Assembly (NCBI RefSeq): GCF_964204645.1
Contig: NC_134034.1
Location: forward strand, 2,232,072 to 2,296,071
Source of the DNA: Tubulanus polymorphus
Taxonomy: Eukaryota > Animalia > Nemertea
Direction of reading: 5' to 3'
Length of the DNA stretch: 64,000 nt
Shown here: positions 38,901-50,900 of the stretch, piece after piece
How the letters are laid out: every line of letters starts with the position of its first letter
Position numbering within the stretch: position 1 is the stretch's first letter
Made by a program: the position numbers and the translations under genes
Notes under the pieces: generated by a model
The model's database searches: none
What the model was told of the DNA's origin: nothing
What the model saw: the letters and a program-made list of their open reading frames with translations, nothing else

Positions 38901-41900
38901 AGGATTCCGCGTGTGGCAAGTGAGCATTCACCAGGCGTCGCTAGTGTGCAGTAGGACATCGACTGCGACAATATAAGATTCGCTCGAATGGAATTCTACG
39001 CGAACTCATCATGAGTTTGATTTTCGCGAGCAAAACTTTTTCCAACATAATTTTCTGCTTACAAAAAGCGGTATTCAATCATCGTCAATTCTCACCGCGG
39101 TTTCAATTTTAAAAGTTCAGGCCTTGTTCGATTGATGGCCACTAGGTGTCGCTACTATGACAACATCGATATTTTTGTGTTCACCTTTTTCTGAACGGTT
39201 TTCGCAGTTTTTCTTTAAACGTTCCCTGCAAAATTCAAAGCGTTCGCAAGATAATGCTAGATTAGATATGTTATCAAGCAAGTCAACTGGGTACCGGCAA
39301 CGCTACTGTGGCAATAGGGGATTCCAAGACTGGAAGCACTAGGTGTCGCTACTAGTTTCTCGATCTTTTTCAAATTCTTCTTCATTTGAATTGAAACTTT
39401 TCGCTTAGATAAATCAATGAAATATCCACCATCTTGTCGAGAATCAAATCTTGGAGGATTGTACGGTAAGATTCGGTTTTGGGAGTTCAATATCTAATTC
39501 ATAAGTAGCGGATTGAATATGAAGTTTCGCTAAGTGCGACACACGCAAGACCGACTACTAGTAACGCCATCTGGTGCGCATTGCCGGCACCCGATTAGTG
39601 ATTAGTAAAAGCTCGTTTCACGCCTTCAAGCGATCGGCACTCTCGCATGCTGAATATATGAAATGATAAAAACCCTGCATCGATGTGATTTAACCCGTAT
39701 TTCTGTCGAAGAGATTCTTTAAACGCGTCCTGAAATAAGGTCAAATATGTAGATGTATTTTATTCAATCATTATTAAGAGGGCATTTCATCAATACTTTA
39801 CTGGAGTAATTTATTAGCAATTCATGATATTCTAATGACATGTCCAGCAGCTTGTAGCGGATGAAATGATTTTCAATAAGGCCTATCAGTATCATTGGAT
39901 GATCACTATTTATTTGTTGGTTTATAGAGGGGATAGCGCGTACGCAGTCCCCCACTACCAGAAATTGTACACCCGAGTCTCCCACATTTGGGGAGATCGT
40001 ATGGGTCAACCAGTCTTTGTGCAATGACAGGCCTCGCCATAGGGGCACCGCCTTCCAGATCACGGTGAGCACCCCTGTGCCAGGTAAGTATGCTTACGTA
40101 ACGTTCCGTATTTCTATATATATGACTGACCCTTAGAGTACCTGACCGGTGTCCAGATTATTCACAAAGATGATCGATTAATCAATCTATTGGGGTTTGG
40201 AAATCGGAAATATACTACGAATGTTTTAAGAAGAAATTTAATGACATTTCTGACGTATTTAAAAGCACGTCTTGAATAGATTTAACAATGTTTAGATCAT
40301 TAAAATCTAACGACTGGAAACCCTTAATTGCCACTAGGTGGCGCTACTGAAAAGCAGTAGGCCTATCCATGTGTCCTCTCACGCATGTAGCGCATGTGAG
40401 TGCAATTACAATAAAGAAAAACTCTTATTATGGCCCAACCATTTAAAGCGAAATTTGGACGATCAGTTTTTGAAAGTGTGATGGTCTTTGTAATTCATTT
40501 TCAATTAGAAATGTCTCAGGTAAAGCACTGAATACGTGAAGTGTGCACGATTAGTTTATGAAAGTGAGCTGATAATGTGTCTAGTGTCTAGTGTCTGGTG
40601 TTTGTAATTCATTTTCGATTAGAAATATCTCTGGTAAAATTCTGAATTATACGCGTGAAGACTAGAAGATCTAAGATTGAAAAGACTGCTAATTAAGTAT
40701 CGAATATCTAGGATGGCAGCATGTTGATGTTTGTACCTAACTACGGGTTGCATAGTTGAAAAAACGGTATTTCTGTTGTATTGTTACACTTAATACTATT
40801 GCTTTAAAGGAGATAAAATCCGCTTACGACCAGGTGACTGAATTCGATCGATAACCTACCAGCTTCGAGTTAGTAGCTTTCTGCGACATGGTGTGATGGT
40901 GTCCGAGGACGTTCGAAAACGGAATTTCGGCGTTGAATTTCACGGCGCGGATTAACCTCATAACGCAACTCGACACGTTCTTGAACGAGAGACGCTTCGA
41001 TCTCGAGTAGTTACTGCTCATCCGTAAACTCGGTTGCTGCAAGAGAAAAATCGTTTACAGGATTTGTTTTTTAATTCTTGCTGATCCGTTAATGGGGTCA
41101 TCATTGATGAATTGATTTGCGATTCGTGTATAGAATAACCGTGGGTTCAGCCAATCCCGGCGCTTCGGCAAAATGCTAAACGGCCGCTTGTAACAGATCG
41201 AGGCTTACAATAAAGACCTGGCTAAACCCATCTTTTGGTTCTTTTGACAGTTAATCAAAATTAAGACCAGTCTAAGCCAATTCTCTTATAGCCAATCGTT
41301 CAACATTGGAACCTGTCAAGTCAAAGCACATTTTGATTCCATGAACAATCTTAATAGTTTATAAAGCTAATCTGAAAATTCGTGACCCAGTCTATGCTCA
41401 TTCTATAAGCAATCTAACAACTTAAGACCAGTCTAAGCTCATTTTAGTTCTATGACCATCTAACAAAAGATCAGTCTAAGCTGATTTTGGCTCTATAGCC
41501 AATATAACAAATTAAGACCAGTCTAAGCCCATTTGGGTTCTATAACCAACCTAACAACTTAAGACCAGTCTGAGCTCGCTTTGATTCTATAACCAATTCT
41601 AACTAGGAGTTGGTTGAAAGAATATCTTACCTTTTTGGAGGGTCTCGATTTGACTAGAAATGTTTCTGTTCCTGTTTCTTTTAGAAATAGATTCCTATCG
41701 CCACCGTGCCCGGGTTCGACTCCATATTCACCGTGTAGACATTCTAACGTGTCTCGTGTTATGTGAACTCGTCTGGAAAAGAAATTAATAATACTTTCAA
41801 ATTATCAAAATATCATCGGTGCATGTAACTGTTGACCCCCTTCCCCCCGGTCGATGAGAACCCTGTCGCATTGCTACTGTGGCAATTGATGATTCAATTT

Positions 41901-44900
41901 CTTGCAAAGTGCCGATGCCCTAGGTGTCGCTAGTAGGCACTTGAACATCAACTACTGAGGCTATAGTGGATTCAACTCGTGGTAAATAAGGAAACAATAG
42001 ATGTCGTTAGTGTGCAGTAGGACAATTGCAACCACTGCGGCAATAGGGGAATCCACCTAGGTTATTGAGGATCCACCAGGTGCCGCCAGTGTGCAGTAGG
42101 ACATCAACTACTGTGGCAATCGAGGATTCTACCTGTACGTGGCAAGTGGGGATCGTGAATAAAAACATGAATATGGCGTCACTTGAAAGGGTCCATTGAA
42201 GATCACATCTTTTGATCATGGAATCTAATGTAGATTTGGTTTTATTGAAGATAAATGGATTACCCGGGAATGCCACCTGACTCCATCTGATTGGCCAACG
42301 TGACGTCATTGCTCCAGACGTCGAAACACCAGCGTTTCAAGCCTAACACACCGCACAACACCTGTCCCGTATGTAAACCAACCCGCATGTTCAACTTGAC
42401 GTCCGTAGCTTCAACGACAGCCCTGAAAATAGTGCACATACAAAAAAAAGATCATAAATCATAAATCTAGATAGAAGTAGGAAAATATGGAACACGTAAG
42501 GATTATGCCTGATGAGCGGTTTTGATATATTGTCTTGATAATGCTTATTATCAATGTCCTCTTTTCTTAACTCATAATCTCATTAACCTGTAATCTCCAA
42601 GTGCTACCAAAACACCCTAGTATAGTCTGTCTAACGTAAGATGATAGCGAAAAGGGCCATTCAGCATTAATGAACCTGAAGTATTGTATTGTATTGTATT
42701 GTATTGTATCGAATCGCATTGTATTGTATTGTATTGCATTGCATTGCATTGCATTGCATTGCATTGCATTGCATTGCATTGCATTGCATTGCATTGCATT
42801 GCATTGCATTGCATTGCATTGCATTGCATTGCATTGCATTGCATTGCATTGCATTGCATTGCATTGCATTGCATTGCATTGCATTGCATTGCATTGCATT
42901 GCATTGCATTGCATTGCATTGCATTGCATTGCATTGCATTGCATTGCATTGCATTGCATTGCATTGCATTGCATTGCATTGCATTGCATTGCATTGCATT
43001 GCATTGCATTGCATTGCATTGCATTGCATTGCATTGCATTGCATTGCATTGCATTGCATTGCATTGCATTGAGTGGCATTGTTTTGTATTCATTGCGTTT
43101 TCAGGAAAGTCCATATCCTGGGACCGGTTGCTCAAAAGTTCGTTAGAGTCAACCAGTGGATAGTTGACATAGTGACAATGAAAAGTTCATCGTTACTATT
43201 GCATCTATTCATATGGTGGTTATCTTAAGCCAACATTTGAGCAACTTGTCCCTGGCTGTTAGCTAGATCGTGGACGTCTATAGACGTCCATGGCTAGATG
43301 GATTCGCCGAGCAAGCCAACGAAAGAGACTAGAGTTGAGTTTTAGCGAGTCGAAATGAGCATCGTTGGAGCGTTTCAAATCCTCAGTTGAGTATACGGGA
43401 GTCTGTAGGCCTACAGTTTTTTTGTGGTGTTTATTTGATTCAACAAAGACAAAAGGATCACTCTATTGCAAGTAGTTATTGTCCTACTGTACACTAGCGA
43501 TCCCTGGTGGATCTTCGCTTGCCACAATAGGGAACCTTTATTGCTACGGCAGCTATATAGAAAATACCGATTGAATTGTAGAATTAATCGAACGCTGAAA
43601 ATATTATACCGCGACTGCCGGTGAAGTGAAATCCTCGATTGCCGCAGTAGATTGCTGGGTTCTCGCTTCAGCGCTCGCCGGGTCACATGGACCCGTGAGA
43701 AATAGTAAAACACGTAATTGGTAGTTCATTGATCGGACAATTAGTATTGGCTGTAGTGAAAACGAATGTATATCGTTCATTGCTCGACGCTCGAAGAACT
43801 GAATTGCCCTCGAGCCGAACAGATAATTATAACCATTGTTCGATGTCGACAACGGAAGAAAGTTATCGGTTTGTTGTCGCTAGCGGTAACCTATAACGCG
43901 ATGATTTCAAGTTGACACCAAGTATCGGAGAGTAAACATTTAGTTTTAATTCATCCCGCGATAGGATATCGTTTCTAACGAATTGAGATGGAGCGATGGA
44001 AGAACAATCGGTTTCGCATATCGGTGATATCGTGTGACTCCTCGAACAAACAGCGACCGGTGAAGAGGAATTGAATTTATTTCATTCCAGACTCGTGGTC
44101 GTCGGTAGCGCGCGTTTGAAAAACGGTGGTTAGAGTCATTTTCTTATCGCAATTTACACCGGACCGCGCGTCGAAATGGACCGCGGCGCAATCATCCGGG
44201 TTTGCTTGCTGATTACAACTATTCACAGTTTGATATTTCAAGTAACAGGTATTTCTATTTCTTGGGTGGAGAGTTTAGATGTACAGCGCAGCAAAAACAG
44301 TAAAAACCACATTATTCTAATTAGTAGAATAGATTCATTTAGATCCCGAAAACCTTCGCAACAATGAAGTTATTTTACCCCATTAGAAGATCAGGTTCTT
44401 TTTACTGTTTTCGCTGTTGTGGATTTTTAATTATTCACGACGAATGTTAACTATATCACCGTTTCTAATCTATCCATCATTCATTCCTACGCTAAGTTTC
44501 ACCTTTTCGAGATTTAGATTTCTATCAGACTATCGTGAATTTCTAGCAATACACAAAATGTTCGCGCGTCCTTACGTGACGTAACATCGACTACGCTGGC
44601 CATAAAATGGCGCCATGTTTCATTGTTTGTTTGCTCTACTTCTTTCCGCCTGATTACGAGTTACAAATTCTAAATTCGATTTCGTCGCCTTTCTATTATG
44701 TTTTCAGTTTCGGTGGACGGTCGAGTAAATGTAGCGTTGAATAAATTGACGGCACAATGCAAAACGAAGGAAGACAAATATTCGTCGTTGGCCGTGGATG
44801 GAAATCGAGACACGGTATTGAACGCCGGATCTTGCACTCAAACGGGTGAATGGCTCGAACCGGGTCCGCTATGGTGGAAAGTCAACCTCACGCACGTATA

Positions 44901-47900
44901 CAACGTGACCAGCGTCCTCCTAGTGAATCGGAACAAATTTTGTAAGTGCTCTTATTGTCCCGTAGGAGGTCCCTAGTTCGAAACCACCTCTGGCGTTGTC
45001 TGCCGAGCCGCTAGTCAGGCTGTGAGCCATAAACAACCTATAAAAAGGTCCTGGCCGTATCTTATGACCCGCTAGGGTTACACTGTTACTTGCAGTTGGA
45101 ACTTTTTGTCTACTGGCCGTTTACGACCGCTGTGAAAAATAACTAGTAAGGTCTGGGAAAATCATCCTCCTTCTGCAGGGACTCGAACCTGATGGCATCG
45201 CTACACTCAGCCACGGCACGAACCCCTGCATCAGTAGACCGGGTGCGCAGGTACATGCGCAGCTTTCCGAACGAAAACTGGTGGCACCAATCAGATTGCT
45301 CGTTGTATAATCGTTGAGGCAAATTTCAAGGAAGAACTGTAAATGGGAAAACCCGGGCTAAAATAAAATGGGATTTCTGATTGGCTAAAAATCACATCAT
45401 CTGAACTGCGCATGTATCTGCGCACACGGTCGATTATGGCAGGGTTTCGTGCCGTGGCACTCTCGATGCCATCAGGTTCGAATCCCTGCCGGGGGAGGAT
45501 GGGGAAAATATGTGTGGATGTTTTTAAGAAGTCATGTTTATCACTAAAATTCACTGATGCCCTTGGTTATAATCCACATTTTATTTTTACAGACAAGCGT
45601 CTGAAACAATTTAGAATTCTAGTCACTACGGACGAGTCTCCGCCGAACATGGATTTATCAAATATACCCCAGAGTTTAGTTTGCGCCGCACAGGAAGCTT
45701 ATATGGCCGCGTCAGAAGAAAAAGAGTTCTTCTGTCCCAGTCACATGACCGGAAATACTGTCATTGTCACGAAGCCAGCATCAACTGATGCCTTGAGCTT
45801 GTGCGAAGTGGAGGTTTACGGTAAGAGAAACGTCGTTCTTGGGATAGAAGTGACTGTAGGGGAAATATTTTTGGAAAATCGAGTATATTCTCATTTGCAG
45901 GATATAAACTGATCCTAAGTACTACTACAGCTACCACAGAACCAAGTACAACTACAACTACCGCAGAACCAAGTACCACTACAACTACCACAGGACCAAG
46001 TACCACTACAACTACCGCAGAACCAAGTACCACTACAACTACCGCGGAACCAAGTACAACTACAACTACCGCAGAACCAAGTACAGCTACAACTACAACT
46101 ACCACAGGACCAAGTACCACTACAACTACCGCGGAACCAAGTACAACTACAACAACCACAGAACCAAGTACCACTACAACAACCGCAGTACCAAGTACTA
46201 CTACAACTATTGCGGTACCAAGTACCACTTCAACTACCGCAGAACCAAGTACAGCTACAACTACAACTACCACAGGACCAAGTACCACTACAACTACCCC
46301 AGAACCAAGTACAACTACAACTATCGCGGTACCAAGTACCACTTCAACTACCACAGAACCAAGTACCACCACAACTACCACAGAACCTAGTACTTTGACA
46401 ACAGATACAAGTCGCTGTGTAACTGATCAAACCCGGAAATACATCAATAACACATACCAACGATATTCTAACTGGATGGAAAAAGCGACGATTCTGAACA
46501 CATATGCTGCTAGTAGATCTTGTATCGAATGTGCCGCTATATGTAGTCGCGATAATGATTGCATAGGGATCACGTGTAAGCGCACTTCCGGTCAGTTTAA
46601 GTGTAAACTATACGCGGCAGTTACAGACAGTTCTGCGCAGCCGCAAACAGCGACAAACAATCAAATTGGTATTTCCTTCTATCAGAGAAATTGCTGAATA
46701 AACTCTACTTAAACAGGGAGTCCGCGCTAACAGAATATTCTCCCTTGTGGTGCATGAAGCTATATTTTAACACTCAGACAATTTACGCGGCGTTTGGAGG
46801 GGAATATTTCAGATATGAACAGATAATGTTTCGGGATTAATGTTGAAATCAGCTCCGACAGAGGGCGTGATAGTGATAGCAGGATCTAACATTCGTTAAT
46901 GTAGTCCAGGAGCAGGTCTCGAGTGAAAATTTCATGTTAGAGCTTGGCACCGAACATTTTCTGAATCTATGGAACTTGTCGTTACAGAAAAGTTTTGGTG
47001 CCATTTTTTCATTGTTGATTTGGTTGCCATGACAACCATTTCTACTTAGCCAGTGGCCATAATTTTGCCCAATTGGAGCAAGCAAGAAATGAAAATGCTC
47101 TCACGGAAAGAACATTTTTATTATAATTTAAACTGTATCTTAACAATAAATAGCCATTTATTCTTATTCTACAGCTGTTAATCATACAAGATGCAGGAAA
47201 GGTACCGAAAAATCACAGCATTTTTGCTTTTTGGCCCATTTTTTGCTCTTATTTGCTCTGTTGTCATTGCATTGTTACATGGAAATTATACAATAATACC
47301 TATCTGTCTAGTGTCATTTTATAAGATGGAGTTAAGCTATTATTCTCGACCATGGGTAACAATGACAATAGAAAGTTACCATGGCAACGGAAGCTTAGGA
47401 ATGATTAGGAAACGATTTTGCAGCTGTTTTTTTGGTTTAATAAAATCCGTCCGTAAAATGATTGAATGATTTTTTTTGAAGTATTTTGGACCCGGAGAAC
47501 GTAAAGAGACAATGTTTAAATTTGACAATCAACGCCCACGAATTCCGAAAAAAGTATCTCTTTGGGTAAAAAATGTGCTCTTATTCCCATTACTTTTTCA
47601 ACAAAAAGAAATATAGTTTTTGTTGTGTCCATTGTAATCTTCGATATTATGATCTGCAAAAGGTATTTTTCTCAATTTCTTTTCATCATTTGAATACTAT
47701 TCAATGTTACAATATTTTCATGCCTGGTTATATTCCTGCAATCCTAGTATATAATTATAATATCGTAATTTTTCCTCTTGCCTCTGTTCTAAAATACCGC
47801 GTATGGACTTCGATTATGGAACCCTCGACGGGGGATTAGAAAACTGCGAGAGTCTGACATGTAAATCACTTATAGTATGTCCTTACCAATTTGGCGTAAT

Positions 47901-50900
47901 GATGTTGACAAATCACACGTCTGCTAAAAAGCCCTTTCGACTGGCGCAAAGTTTTCATAGTTGCATTGTTTATGTGCACCGTCTGTCATATGGAGTGTCG
48001 TCTGCATAGAATAGAGCCTTCTTCAATTGACCTCTTGATGATAAAGAAAGGGGCTCAACTTAACATACACGGCTTGCTGAAACTAGAATTGTATTGAGCT
48101 GGCAGCTACTAGTTGTCTATACGTCGTATGCCCGATCCACAGGACTGGTTTGAGATGCTTATCCTGACGGGAACAACTCGAGTAAGGTAAATGAATAAAT
48201 AGGGATTTCTCGATGACTGTAAGCGAATGACCGCGAGCTACCACGCCGCGCCAGTGAAATCAAATGATGGAGGAAAAAGACAGAATTAAACGGCTTAGGT
48301 GCAGGCCTCGTGTCTCCGATACTTAATGAAGTGACCGTCAGTCACGAGACAATAATCTATCCTACAATTTTTGCTCTCGCTCGCCACAAGTTGTTGTCGT
48401 ACTGCACACTAGCGACGCCTAGTGGATCCTCACTTGCCACAAGTAATAATCCTCCATTGCCGCAGTAGTTGATGTTTTAATGCGCGCTAGCGACACCTGG
48501 TGGATCCTCACTTTCCACAAGCGGAATCCTCTATAGCTGAAGTGGTTGGTGACCTTCTGCACACTAGTGACACCTAGTGGATCCTCGATCACCTGCCACC
48601 AAATGGAATCCTCTGTTACTGCAGTAGTTGATGTCCTACTAGCGATACCTGGTATCTTTTCTTGCCAAACATGGAATCACATATGGCCACAGTATTTGAA
48701 TTTCTACTGGCACACTAGCGACACCTGGTGGATCCTCACCAGCCACCCAGTGGAATTCTATTTCAACAAACGCTCGTTACCAAGAAATACAATTGAGTCA
48801 AATCGATATTTCAATCGTTCGTATTGTTTTTTTGTTTCAAACGAAGTGAAATCGATGCTACGCGGACAATAGAGGAGTGGTCTAAACCTGCACTCAGCGC
48901 GAGGACGTGAAGTTTACTTCGCACAAGAGAGAATCGGAAGTGTATCTCGTGTGCAACGCATCGCAGGACCGTAGAACGTGAAAAAACCCAATATTTGAAC
49001 AGTAAGCTATTGGAAACTGTCAACATCGGATGCGTCGGTCATAAATTCTTCTGTATCTTTATTTTGTATGGATTTTACTGCGATGCGCAGAATGGGAATC
49101 GCGACTTCTGCAAGGATATTTTTGCTGGTGACGACATTTTGTAAGTTTTTCTATTTACATCCCACATACTCAGTTGTGTAATACTATTCGCGCCTCTCGT
49201 TTATTGAACACCGTTTCGAAAGACTTTTTCTGCTTAAATTCGGTACAGTTTTCTATCAAATCGTTCAAGTCGCAATAAAAACGATAAATAGCGGAACCTC
49301 ATTAAATCGAACTGTAACCGAGACAAAGTATCTATTTTGTTTTTATTCGATTTTCCGATATTAACACTTAACATATCTAATGTTCTGCATTTTTAATATC
49401 ACAGGTTCATTATTTCGTTTTAATAAGTTCATTATTTCCTTGATAGGTTCATTATTTCCTTTGATATCCTCTGCATTGATAACCCGTATTTATATCGGCA
49501 AATCAACGGCTGCACTTTTGCTGCCAGTAGCCACTGCGCGGTACACTTTTGGGAATTCGCACCTGTTAGGAGGACTGCGATTCAGTTGACCTTGGAATCT
49601 ACGGCAGTTTCAAAGAAAAAATTTATGTAATAATGGGGATATAGAAACTACTGGGATATGTGGCATTGTCAAACATAAAATTTACATAGTAATGGAGATA
49701 TAGAAACTACTGGGATATGTGGCATTGTCAAACATAAAATTTACATAGTAATGGAGATATAGAAACTATCGGGAAATGTGGCATTGTCAAACATAAAATC
49801 TACATAGTAATGGAGATATAGAAACTATCGGGAAATGTGGCATTGTCAAACATAAAATTTACATAGTAATGGAGATTTGTCATGTTTGACCACATCGCAA
49901 AATGGCCCCGTAACGTGGCAAAAATGACCAATTCTACCAACATCTTTATATCTTAACTCCCAGTTGCGATGTTTCAACCCGACGTTGCTCTGGTGAATGT
50001 GGCTTTGGACAGACCGACTGACCAGTGTTTTACCAATGGTGACCATAATTCGTCGTTCGCAGTGGATGGAGACCGGAAGGGAACATCAACTCACACGTCA
50101 GGTTGGCCTGGACCCGGTCCAACTTGGTGGAAAGTCGATCTGGATTTTGTATACAATGTAACTAGTGTTATACTAGTTAATCGCAATCGATTTGGTAATT
50201 TATTTACATCTTTCGGCCCAGGGATAGATAAACCAGAGCGTAGAGGCCTGGTACGAATCAATGAATCTATGCCGTCCTCGGCATTCGAACCCATTAACAT
50301 ATGGAATTAGAATGTCCAAAAATTAAATGAAATGTCAAACGTCTAGGGCCTGGGTCTATTATTACCTATATAGAAAGTTCGAGCGCATGCATGCCGAGTA
50401 AACTATCGCAAGTTACAAAATTGTGGTTATGTAATTATTTCTGATGTCTTTTCGAACTAGTTGATACATAATGAAGGCAGATTGACTGAATAATAACGCA
50501 ATAATGACCTAAATCATCGCAATATCAATATGCGTGACGATATTTCTGCTGAATACTGATTAAGTGTTTGTATAATTTTCAGTGAATCGTCTGCGAGAAT
50601 TCAAAATTCTGGTCACCACCTGCGAGTCTCCGCCGAACATGAATCTATCAAATATTCGTCGGGATGTAATTTGTGCCGAACAGGAAGAGAGCATGGGACA
50701 AGTTAATACGAAGGAGTTCTTCTGTCCTAGTAACCTCACCGGTAATAGGATTATCGTCACGAAACCGTTCTCAACGGACGCTTTGACCTTGCGTGAAGTG
50801 GAGGTTTACGGTAAGGGAAACATCGTCTCTGGAGAATAGAACTTCGGGAGAATTTGAGGAAAAAACCACGTTATTTATGTTTACAGGATATGAATTGTCC

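Noticed and set aside
42567-43163. Six ORFs of 127-172 aa (MQCNA/HCIAL repeats)
   Set aside because: Artefacts of the stop-free (GCATT)n microsatellite.
46714-47560. Possible hAT-like DNA transposon starting CAGGG
   Set aside because: No matching right TIR or TSD was found.
49632-49877. Regularly spaced repeats, here and at 36210-36470, superficially CRISPR-like
   Set aside because: The units are tandem with no unique spacers, the context is eukaryotic and no cas genes are present.
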